Part shown: positions 34,548-42,912 of the stretch, piece by piece
Numbering within the stretch: the first letter of the stretch is position 1
Layout of the letters: each line of letters starts with the position of its first letter
DNA from: an uncultured Candidatus Actinomarina sp.
GTDB taxonomy: Bacteria > Actinomycetota > Acidimicrobiia > Actinomarinales > Actinomarinaceae
Direction of reading: 5' to 3'
NCBI GenBank assembly: GCA_902634185.1
Contig: CACPJC010000001.1
Span: 128,001-192,000, forward strand
Length of the DNA: 64,000 nucleotides
Made by a program: the position numbers and the translations under genes
Notes under the pieces: generated by a model
Seen by the model: the letters and a program-made list of their open reading frames with translations, nothing else
The model's database searches: none
What the model was told of the DNA's origin: nothing

Positions 34548-35131
34548 GCTTCAATTTCCTCAAGTATATTTCTTAATTTTTGGTGAGCTCTGTGCAGTCT
34601 TACTTTTGCAGCCGTGACACTGATATCCAAATAATCTGCAATCTCTTTATGTGATCGGCCTTCGATATTTTTTAATTCAACAATAATTCTTTGTTCCAAA
34701 GGGATTTGATTTAATGCCTTCCTCAAAACTAACGATAAGTCAGAGTTAATAGCAACAAGTTCAGGATCTTTTTTCTCGTCAACGACGACTGGTTCTTGAG
34801 TGTCTTCAATATTAAGTGAGTAGTGTTTCTTTGCTTTTTTTCTTAAAGTCCAAGCTGTATTTACTGTAATCCTGTAAATCCATGTTCCAAAAGTTGAGTC
34901 ACCTCTAAATTTTCCTATTGCTTTCCATGCTCTAATAAATGCTTCTTGGGCCACATCATTAGCAAGTTCTCGATTTCCAGTTAATTTAAAGGAAAGTGAA
35001 AAAACTAATTCTTGATGACGCTTTACAAGTTCTTCAAAAGCACTTTTGTCTCCAAGTTGTGATTTTTTCACAAGTTCGGAATTTGAGACGTCTTCACCAA
35101 AGTGATTTAGTTTTGCGATATTTTCCATCAA
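34544..35131 (-). CDS. ECF-family RNA polymerase sigma factor
   Basis: GDKSAFEELV, DVAQEAFIRAW, FRGDSTFGTWIYRI, EIADYL...KVRLHRA. Confidence 0.95.
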   Translation of the reverse strand: MMENIAKLNHFGEDVSNSELVKKSQLGDKSAFEELVKRHQELVFSLSFKLTGNRELANDVAQEAFIRAWKAIGKFRGDSTFGTWIYRITVNTAWTLRKKAKKHYSLNIEDTQEPVVVDEKKDPELVAINSDLSLVLRKALNQIPLEQRIIVELKNIEGRSHKEIADYLDISVTAAKVRLHRAHQKLRNILEEIEA

Positions 35132-35161
35132 TATTAAGAATAAAGTAAATTTCTAGTTTTT

Positions 35162-35323
35162 CTATCTTTTTTCTCTATGCAAAGTGTGTTTTCTCAATCT
35201 TGGACTATATTTCATTAACTCCAGTCTATCTGGCGTATTTGTTTTATTTTTAGTAGTCACGTAATTGTGATCTCCAGTTTCAGTACAGACCAATGTAATT
35301 GGTGGTCTCTTATCTGAAGCCAT
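35162..35323 (-). CDS. rpmG: 50S ribosomal protein L33, zinc-free type
   Basis: Not in the ORF track. [53 protein letters not shown] (53 aa), SD AAGGAG. Confidence 0.96.
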   Translation of the reverse strand: MASDKRPPITLVCTETGDHNYVTTKNKTNTPDRLELMKYSPRLRKHTLHREKR

Positions 35324-35345
35324 TATTTTCTCCTTTATTTTGTTG

Positions 35346-35419
35346 TAGCGGCGGGCAGACTTGAACTGCCGACCTCACGATTATGAGTCGTGCGCTCTTA
35401 CCAACTGAGCTACGCCGCC
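35346..35419 (-). tRNA. tRNA-Met (CAT), probably elongator
   Basis: GGCGGCGTAGCTCAGTTGGTAAGAGCGCACGACTCATAATCGTGAGGTCGGCAGTTCAAGTCTGCCCGCCGCTA; lacks the initiator GGG/CCC anticodon stem. Confidence 0.93.
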
Positions 35420-35446
35420 AAATCTAAAATTAATTATAGACTTGTG

Positions 35447-35519
35447 AGCCCTCTTCCGGGATTGAACCGGAGACCTCTTCCTTACCATGGAAGTGCTCTA
35501 CCAACTGAGCTAAGAGGGC
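35447..35519 (-). tRNA. tRNA-Thr (GGT)
   Basis: GCCCTCTTAGCTCAGTTGGTAGAGCACTTCCATGGTAAGGAAGAGGTCTCCGGTTCAATCCCGGAAGAGGGCT folds as a cloverleaf. Confidence 0.96.
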
Positions 35520-35522
35520 GTG

Positions 35523-35604
35523 TGCCGGGAGAAGGATTCGAACCTACGTAGGCATAGCCGGCAGATTTACAGTCTGCTCCCTTTGGCCGCTCGGGCATCC
35601 CGGC
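35523..35604 (-). tRNA. tRNA-Tyr (GTA)
   Basis: GCCGGGATGCCCGAGCGGCCAAAGGGAGCAGACTGTAAATCTGCCGGCTATGCCTACGTAGGTTCGAATCCTTCTCCCGGCA, with a long variable arm. Confidence 0.96.
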
Positions 35605-35681
35605 AAAAATTAGTCATTTTTAAAGTTTAGATTAAATATGAATTTTCGTAAGAGGTAATTTAATTTGATTAGGATTAGTTT

Positions 35682-36626
35682 GTGGATAAAAAAATTCAAA
35701 AAAAACTAAAAACATGGCTTGATAATGATTTAATAACTGAAGATGTTTTTTCTTCGATTGAAAGTTTTGAAAGTAGTGAGCCACAAAAAACAGAAAAAGG
35801 AACCCTTTCAAAAACAATAATTCTAATTGGAGGACTTTTAGTTTTTAGTGGAATAACTCCACTTATCGGGCAAATTCCAGATTGGGCTCAATTAATATTG
35901 TTAATTTTATTTACGTTTGTACTTTTTTATTCAGCTTTTTATATTGAAAAAAAATATCAAGGAAACACATTTTTATTTGATTCGAATGAAACTTTAAGAA
36001 ACTTTTTATTTTTATTAGCTACAGGAGCTTCTGGTTTTACATTCTTATTTATTTTTGAATTTTTCAACACTGCAGAAGAAATTACAAATACAATAACATC
36101 TTTTTTAATTTTTATTTTGTCTATATATTTATTCAATAAGACAAGATATTTATATCAACAATTTACACTCTTTGTTAGTTCACAAGTACTTTTATTCAAC
36201 CTTTTGGAATTTTTATCCTCTGATACTTTTAATGATTTACTTTATGGTGCTTCTCAGTTATTAATTGGTTCATATTTTTTAAGGTATACATTTAAAGAAT
36301 TTGAACCAAAATGGCTAGGATATTTTCTTTCAAGTATCTCATTAGTGACTGGTATGGGAATTATTGATTCATACCTTGGCAGTGATGAATTAATCGGAAA
36401 AATTCTTAATATTTTACTCTCAACTGTTTTGATATGGTTAAGTGTTCGATTAACGAGTCAAACTATTCTTTTTGTAGGATCAATTGGTTTATTAATTAAT
36501 CTTTCGTTTTTAATTTATGAAATATTTCCAGAACTTGGTGCTCTACTCTATCTTGTGATTGGAACACTTTTTATTTTTGCTGGTCTTTATCTCAATAGGC
36601 TTCGAGAAGATATAAAAAAAATTTAA
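35682..36626 (+). CDS. Polytopic membrane protein, DUF2157-like
   Basis: N-terminal LKTWLDNDLITED resembles DUF2157; about 10 hydrophobic helices; TAGGAT-N6-GTG leaderless start. Confidence 0.75.
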   Translation: MDKKIQKKLKTWLDNDLITEDVFSSIESFESSEPQKTEKGTLSKTIILIGGLLVFSGITPLIGQIPDWAQLILLILFTFVLFYSAFYIEKKYQGNTFLFDSNETLRNFLFLLATGASGFTFLFIFEFFNTAEEITNTITSFLIFILSIYLFNKTRYLYQQFTLFVSSQVLLFNLLEFLSSDTFNDLLYGASQLLIGSYFLRYTFKEFEPKWLGYFLSSISLVTGMGIIDSYLGSDELIGKILNILLSTVLIWLSVRLTSQTILFVGSIGLLINLSFLIYEIFPELGALLYLVIGTLFIFAGLYLNRLREDIKKI

Positions 36627-37582
36627 AGAGTGAAGGGTTTTTCTGGCCTTACTCCAATTTCACTAATTACATGGGCAGCGCTTTTATTTGCAATTAATGC
36701 GGTCTCTTGCATGGATAATTTTTCTTCTATTCCAAATAAATATCCTGCAGCAAAATAATCCCCTGCACCTGTTTTATCAACAACCTTTGCTTCTGTAGCT
36801 TCAAAAAAATACTGTTTATTTTCTTTCATAACTATGACCCCATTAGCTCCTAATGTGCATATAAGTTGATCAAGTTTAGGAAAATTTTTACTTATAAAAT
36901 CTAAAGACTTTTCTGTTGAGTCCTGTTCTGTAAGAGCTTTTATTTCATCTTCGTTACAAAATACATAGTCTATATTTTCTTTTATTAGATCAATAAAACT
37001 GTCCCTATGTGCCTCAACACAAAAAACATCGGACAAGGATAAAGCATTTTTTCCACCAGATTGTTTATTTATCGATGATGCATACATAAATGCTTCCTTG
37101 CTTGGTAACCTGTCCCACAAATAACCTTCCATATATAAAATGTTGCAATTTTTTATAGACTCCTCATTAAGATCTCCCATTGATAATTGGGCACCAGCTC
37201 CTAAATATGTATTCATTGTTCGTTCACCATCTGGTGTTATAAAAATTGCACACAATCCAGTTTGTTCATTCTCTTCTCCAAGAACTGTAAAGTCACTGAG
37301 TCCATGCTCAGATAAGCTTGACCTGAACTGTTTTCCAAGTTCATCATCTGAGATTTTACCAATAAATCCTGCGGAGCCTCCTAAGGCCGCTATCCAATAA
37401 GCAGTATTTGCTGCAGAGCCTCCTGCAGCATAAGTTGGATTTGGCATATTGCTAAGTAAATAGTTTGATCTCTCTTTATCCACAAGAGTCATTCTTGCTT
37501 TGTTAAGGTTTAGTTTATCAATAACATCTTCATCGATTTGTTGAAGTGAATCAACAAGTGCATTTCCAATACAAATAATCAC
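36623..37582 (-). CDS. PfkB-family (adenosine-type) kinase
   Basis: IGNALVD, AGGSAANT, DGERTM, DKTGAGDYFAAG. Confidence 0.92.
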   Translation of the reverse strand: MIICIGNALVDSLQQIDEDVIDKLNLNKARMTLVDKERSNYLLSNMPNPTYAAGGSAANTAYWIAALGGSAGFIGKISDDELGKQFRSSLSEHGLSDFTVLGEENEQTGLCAIFITPDGERTMNTYLGAGAQLSMGDLNEESIKNCNILYMEGYLWDRLPSKEAFMYASSINKQSGGKNALSLSDVFCVEAHRDSFIDLIKENIDYVFCNEDEIKALTEQDSTEKSLDFISKNFPKLDQLICTLGANGVIVMKENKQYFFEATEAKVVDKTGAGDYFAAGYLFGIEEKLSMQETALIANKSAAHVISEIGVRPEKPFTL

Positions 37583-37591
37583 AAATTGATT

Positions 37592-37951
37592 TTAAATGAT
37601 AATACCTGGATTTCCATCAGAACTGATAATTTTATTTGATTCATTTGAAAGCTTTTTCATTCCACCAATAAGATTATATGATTGGTAACCAATCGAATTT
37701 AAAAACTCTGAAACCTTGCCTGATCTATGACCTGATCTACATACAATAATATAAGAAGATTCCTGATCAAATAATTCTAAGCTTTCTGGTACTTCACTCA
37801 TCTTTACATGTTTTGCTTCTTCATGATGTCCATACGTCCATTCATCATCTTCCCTAACATCTATCAAGCTCCAGCCTGATGATAATTTAGCATCTAGTTC
37901 ATTTGGAAAAACACCTGTTGAGTCTCCGGTATTATCTATATCTAATTCCAC
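37592..37951 (-). CDS. Rhodanese-like domain protein
   Basis: LIDVRE..EW..GH, CRSGHRS, NLIGGM. Confidence 0.92.
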   Translation of the reverse strand: MELDIDNTGDSTGVFPNELDAKLSSGWSLIDVREDDEWTYGHHEEAKHVKMSEVPESLELFDQESSYIIVCRSGHRSGKVSEFLNSIGYQSYNLIGGMKKLSNESNKIISSDGNPGIII

Positions 37952-38771
37952 TAGCTTCCTCTCTAAGCCTTCTTACTCTTTCTTTAGTAGGTGGGTGAGT
38001 AGAAAATAATTTTCTCAATCCGGAACCAGTAAATGATTTTAGAGGATCAGATATAAACAACTGACTAACCGCAGGATTAACATTCAATGGGTTTTTTGAA
38101 TACATCTCAATCTTTTCAAGAGCTGAGGCTAATGCTAGTGGATTGCCAGATATGGAAGAACCTGTTTTATCTGCGCCATATTCTCTTGTTCTTGATATTG
38201 CCAATCTAATTATTAAAGATGCAATAGGCGCTGCGATAAATGCTATCAAGATAATAAATGGATGTGTTCCTCTATCCCTTTGTCCCCCACCCCAAAAAGC
38301 TATTCTTGACATAAATGAAATTGCAGCTGCAAGCATCGCTGCGATACTTGATACCAAGATATCTCTATTTTTGATATGTGATAATTCATGAGCTAGAACA
38401 CCCTCAAGCTCGTCTCTGTTTAGAACTTTCATAATCCCTGTTGTAACAGCAACAGCAGAATTTTTTGGGTTTCTTCCTGTTGCGAACGCATTTGGTTGGT
38501 CACTTTCAATTACATAAAGTTCAGGCATTGGCATTTTTTCTTTTTGTGCAAGAAAAGTAATTATTTCTCTAACCTCATCATATTCTCCATCTTCAAGTTT
38601 TCTTGCTCTGGTTGAAGCAAGTGCTATTCGAGATGAATAAAAATACATTATGAAATTAAAGATAAAAGCAAAGAATAAGGAAAAAATAAGATCAAAACCC
38701 AATGCTTGAGCAGTAAATATTACTAAAACTGTCATAAGCGTCAGTAAAGTAGTAGTTTTTAAAACATTCAT
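37932..38771 (-). CDS. htpX: Zinc metalloprotease HtpX
   Basis: PNAFATGRNP, HELSH, SRTREYGAD, FSTHPP. Confidence 0.95.
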   Translation of the reverse strand: MNVLKTTTLLTLMTVLVIFTAQALGFDLIFSLFFAFIFNFIMYFYSSRIALASTRARKLEDGEYDEVREIITFLAQKEKMPMPELYVIESDQPNAFATGRNPKNSAVAVTTGIMKVLNRDELEGVLAHELSHIKNRDILVSSIAAMLAAAISFMSRIAFWGGGQRDRGTHPFIILIAFIAAPIASLIIRLAISRTREYGADKTGSSISGNPLALASALEKIEMYSKNPLNVNPAVSQLFISDPLKSFTGSGLRKLFSTHPPTKERVRRLREEASGIRYR

Positions 38772-38795
38772 ATTTTTAATTATAATTTATCTGGC

Positions 38796-39830
38796 TTATA
38801 GTTTTTTGGCCTCAATACAATAAAAACCTCCTAAACCACGATCATTATGTATTGCTTCTAGCCCAACAATATCTGATTTTAATTTAAGTTGGTCTACGCC
38901 ATAAGTTTCAACAAATTGGTTTTTTAAACTTGAATAATTTTCCTGATAACCATATTTATCAAGAAATTCATATTGTTTCATAATCTTGTATTCAAAATTA
39001 TTTTCTTCAAAATATTGTTTTAAAAAGGAAAAATTTACATCGTACGTGATATCGGTCTCCGTAGGCATTTCTATTGGATCACTTGAAAGATGGTGTTCTT
39101 TATAAGTTCTAATTAATGATTTATATGGTTTTAGATTTCTCTCTTCGTATTCGAATCCATAATCAAAAATTAGTAGATGATTTGGGTCAACTTTTTTGAT
39201 GAGTTCGTCTAAAAATTGTTCTGTATTGTATTGAATTTCAAGCTCATTATCTTGGTTATCTAAAAAATTATATTTTTTAATCCATTTAAGATTTGATTCA
39301 CGCATTTCTACTTTTCCATATCTAAGTTCATTATCTTTTGTTAATTCAATTGTTTTTTCATACCAAGTATTGTCTACTTCTATACCGACAGAACAAGGTA
39401 TATTATCTAACACTTCATTCATATAAATAGTTTTTATCTGAGATGCACCATAGTTGTCTAAATTGCTATCAACCAAAAAATTTTTACTTTTAAGTGCTTT
39501 TAGGGCATTTAACGAAATTTCGGAAACATAGATTTCTTTTTCAAGATACTTTGACACCTGATTCGCAAGTGAACCTGTTCCTGCTCCAACTTCAAGTATA
39601 TTTGAATCACTATTGATTCTATTTTCTTTAATCCAGTTTGAAATAAATAATCCAAAGTAATTAGATACTTCTGGTGAGGTTAAAAAATCACCAGATTTAC
39701 TGGAGCGGACTTCGCCCTTTGCAAAAAATCCATAATCAGAATAAAGACATTCCTGCATGAATTCATCAAAGTATAAATAGTTTTTACTGTATTTATTTTT
39801 GAGGTAATCAATAAATATTTTTTCTACCAC
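38796..39830 (-). CDS. SAM-dependent methyltransferase, MidA/NDUFAF7 family
   Basis: FMQECLY...GFF, GDFLTSPE, EVGAGTGSL, NEVLDNIP, FDYG, DITYDVNF. Confidence 0.88.
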   Translation of the reverse strand: MVEKIFIDYLKNKYSKNYLYFDEFMQECLYSDYGFFAKGEVRSSKSGDFLTSPEVSNYFGLFISNWIKENRINSDSNILEVGAGTGSLANQVSKYLEKEIYVSEISLNALKALKSKNFLVDSNLDNYGASQIKTIYMNEVLDNIPCSVGIEVDNTWYEKTIELTKDNELRYGKVEMRESNLKWIKKYNFLDNQDNELEIQYNTEQFLDELIKKVDPNHLLIFDYGFEYEERNLKPYKSLIRTYKEHHLSSDPIEMPTETDITYDVNFSFLKQYFEENNFEYKIMKQYEFLDKYGYQENYSSLKNQFVETYGVDQLKLKSDIVGLEAIHNDRGLGGFYCIEAKKL

Positions 39831-39834
39831 TTAA

Positions 39835-41316
39835 TTAGCTATTAAAAAATATTGATGAAGCTTCACCTAGATTGCTGAATATGCCTGGAAAAATTCCAGA
39901 GACAATTGTCAAAATTAAACTTACAAAACCAACAACTTTGAGTGGGCTTGGGATGATTGAATTTTCGGTCTTTTGAACATCTTCTTTTGGACTATCCATC
40001 CATATAATTTTTGAAATTCTTGAATAATACACCAAGCCTATTACAGCATTAATAGCACCAACTATAGCTAGAGATAATCCAAAAATTTCACCTGTGCTTA
40101 GTAAGCTTCTGAAAACTACAAATTTTGCAAACCATCCTCCAAGAGGCGGAATTCCTGCAAGAGAGAAGAAAAATATTACTGCAAAGATTCCTGCTAATGG
40201 TGTTTCTTTTGCAAGACCTCCCCAGTCATACATATTTTCTGAGTCAATATTTCTTTGTAACAAATTAATCACTAAAAATGCACCTATATTCATAAATGCA
40301 TAAATAATTAGATACGTAACACTTGCATAAACACCATCTTCAAAATTATTTGTTATGTTTGCAACAGCTATCGGCGCAAGAATAAACCCTGCCTGTGCAA
40401 TCGATGAATATGCTAGAAGTCTTACTGGATTTGTTTGTTGTAAAGCTGATAAATTACCAACAAACATTGTTATACCAGAAATGAATACAAGTACTATCCC
40501 TAATCCATCTCCAGATTCAAAAAATATTTTTGACATCAAAATAATTAATGCAATAAAGCCAGTCGCTTTGGAGCTAACAGATAGATAAGCCGTTACTGGT
40601 AAAGGTGCTCCTTCATAAGTATCAGGTGCCCAAGAGTGAAATGGAACTATTGATATCTTGAAGCCTATACCCGCCAAAATAAGTATTGCGCTTAGTAAAG
40701 CAACAGGTGATTGGGCAAGATCTTGCTGAATTAAAATATTAGCTATATCTGAAAAAACTAGCTTTCCAGTTACTCCATAAAGTAGTGAAAAGCCATAAAG
40801 AATTAAAGATGCTGATAGTACTCCCAGTAAAAAGAATTTAATTGAACCTTCATTTGATTTTTGATCGCCTTTTTTCCAGCCAGATAAAAGAAACATTGGC
40901 GTTGAAGCTAATTCAATTCCAATAAACATTGTTAGTAAATCTCTTGAAGAGGTTACTACTAATGCTCCAAGCAGAGAACTTAACAGAAGAAAATAATATT
41001 CTCCCTGGTAATATTCATCACTTTCCACAAAATTTACGGACAATAAAAATGTCAGATAAGTAACCAAGATAAATAGACCTTTTAGAATCAAGGAAAATTT
41101 ATCAATTACATAACTTCCCTCAAACATAATCTCTGGAGTTGTATAGTTGGCAAATTGAAAAATAATTGGAAGGAATGCAAATAGCGATCCAAGAATTGAT
41201 ACCATTGCAATGATGAATTTAAATTTTCTTGGTAAAAGTATATCTAATGTTATAGCAGCCACAATCGTTAGGATTACTATTAATTCACTTGATATAGCGA
41301 AATAATTAATATTAAT
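39835..41316 (-). CDS. nuoN: NADH-quinone oxidoreductase subunit N (copy 1)
   Basis: FKISIVPFHSWAPDTYEGAP, LLAYSSIAQAG. The frame is open upstream of the tracked GTG (41262) to ATT 41316, which follows a GGAGG SD; start position uncertain. Confidence 0.93.
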   Translation of the reverse strand: MNINYFAISSELIVILTIVAAITLDILLPRKFKFIIAMVSILGSLFAFLPIIFQFANYTTPEIMFEGSYVIDKFSLILKGLFILVTYLTFLLSVNFVESDEYYQGEYYFLLLSSLLGALVVTSSRDLLTMFIGIELASTPMFLLSGWKKGDQKSNEGSIKFFLLGVLSASLILYGFSLLYGVTGKLVFSDIANILIQQDLAQSPVALLSAILILAGIGFKISIVPFHSWAPDTYEGAPLPVTAYLSVSSKATGFIALIILMSKIFFESGDGLGIVLVFISGITMFVGNLSALQQTNPVRLLAYSSIAQAGFILAPIAVANITNNFEDGVYASVTYLIIYAFMNIGAFLVINLLQRNIDSENMYDWGGLAKETPLAGIFAVIFFFSLAGIPPLGGWFAKFVVFRSLLSTGEIFGLSLAIVGAINAVIGLVYYSRISKIIWMDSPKEDVQKTENSIIPSPLKVVGFVSLILTIVSGIFPGIFSNLGEASSIFFNS

Positions 41317-41318
41317 TT

Positions 41319-42896
41319 TTAGCCTCCGAACGCTTTAGATACCAAAGCAATAACTGCATCATTAGTTGCTCCAAATATAAGTTTTGGAAATACTCCTATC
41401 AGAACAGTGAGTATTACTAAAGGTATCCAAGCAACAAGTTCATAATTGTCTGCATCATGAAGCTCTTTATCTAACCATTCTTCTTTAGGCTCACCAAGAT
41501 TAACTCTTTGAAGCATCCATAGTAGATAACCTGCTGTTAAAACAGTTCCAATTGCACCTGCAACCATGGAGGATCTAAAAATTGTAATATTTAAACCAGG
41601 TAATGGATTGTATGCTCCAAGGAGAGCCATAAATTCTCCCCAAAATCCTGCCAATCCAGGTAAGCCAAGTGACGCCATAGCTGTAAAAGCTAAAATAGCT
41701 CCAGTCTTTGGAAGAAGTTTCATATTTCCACCTAATCTTCCCATGTCTCTAGTGTGATAAGTATGTGCCATAGAACCAGAAACAAAGAATAATAAACCAG
41801 TAATTATTCCGTGGGCAACCATTCCAATCATTGCAGCATTAATACCTATTGAGGTTAGTGAAGATATCCCAAGCATTACAAAGCCCATATGTCCTACTGA
41901 AGAAAATGCAATCAATCTTTTAAGGTCTGTTTGTGCCAAGCAAGCAAGAGAGCCATATATTATTCCAATTGCTGACAGCACTGCAATAGCTGGAGCCCAA
42001 GCAACAGCCTGTTCTGGAAGAATAGGTAAAGCAATTCTTACAAAACCATAGGATCCAAGTTTTAATAAAATTGCAGCTAATAAAACAGATCCAACAGTTG
42101 GTGCAGCTGTGTGTGCATCAGGCAACCATGTATGTAGTGGCCACATTGGTACTTTTACTGCAAAACCCAAGAATAAAACAGCAAAAACTAACGTTGCAAA
42201 TGTACCTGTGAATGCTCCACTAGAACCAAGCTCAATTAGTTCGGGAATACTAAATGTTCTATTTCCCCTGAAATATAAACCTAGGAATCCTAAGAGCATG
42301 AAAGCAGATCCAAATAAAGTAAATACAAAAAACTTAATACTTGCATAAAGTCTTGTTTCAATATCATTCTTAAGTCCAGAAACACTTCTGACAGTTTTAT
42401 CTCCCCAAATACCAATCATGAAATACATTGGTAGTAAAACAAGTTCAAAGAACACAAAAAATAAAATTAGATCTAATGCCACAAATGTACCATTCATTCC
42501 AGTTTCTAAAATTAAAATCAAAGACATCATTCCTTTTGCATTTTTTGGTTCAGGTAAATGTTCAAAAGAATAAATAATTGCTAATACAGAAATGAAAGTA
42601 GATAAAAGTAATAAAGGTAAAGAAATACCATCTATACCTATTTCATAATTTGAATTAATACTACTAATCCATGAGACCTTAGTACCAAGCTGAAGGTCAC
42701 CAGCATTATTAAAATCAAATTGCAAGGCAACAATTAAACTTACTCCAAAAGTAAGAAGTGCAGATCCAAGAGTTACTAATTTAATTAGCATCTCTTGTTT
42801 CTTAGGTATTAAGAATATAAAAATTCCAGATACAAGCGGAAGAAAAACTACTATGGTTAAACCTAATCCACTCTCCAAAAAAGAAAAACTACTCAA
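41319..42896 (-). CDS. nuoM: NADH-quinone oxidoreductase subunit M (copy 1)
   Basis: GIDGISL, VKVPMWPLHTWLPDAH, LGLPGLAGFWGEF. Confidence 0.96.
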   Translation of the reverse strand: MSSFSFLESGLGLTIVVFLPLVSGIFIFLIPKKQEMLIKLVTLGSALLTFGVSLIVALQFDFNNAGDLQLGTKVSWISSINSNYEIGIDGISLPLLLLSTFISVLAIIYSFEHLPEPKNAKGMMSLILILETGMNGTFVALDLILFFVFFELVLLPMYFMIGIWGDKTVRSVSGLKNDIETRLYASIKFFVFTLFGSAFMLLGFLGLYFRGNRTFSIPELIELGSSGAFTGTFATLVFAVLFLGFAVKVPMWPLHTWLPDAHTAAPTVGSVLLAAILLKLGSYGFVRIALPILPEQAVAWAPAIAVLSAIGIIYGSLACLAQTDLKRLIAFSSVGHMGFVMLGISSLTSIGINAAMIGMVAHGIITGLLFFVSGSMAHTYHTRDMGRLGGNMKLLPKTGAILAFTAMASLGLPGLAGFWGEFMALLGAYNPLPGLNITIFRSSMVAGAIGTVLTAGYLLWMLQRVNLGEPKEEWLDKELHDADNYELVAWIPLVILTVLIGVFPKLIFGATNDAVIALVSKAFGG

Positions 42897-42912
42897 TATT
42901 TACCACTCTCTC

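Noticed and set aside
35346-36626. Possible genomic island or prophage integrated at the tRNA cluster
   Set aside because: No integrase, no duplicated tRNA 3' end and no obvious compositional shift.
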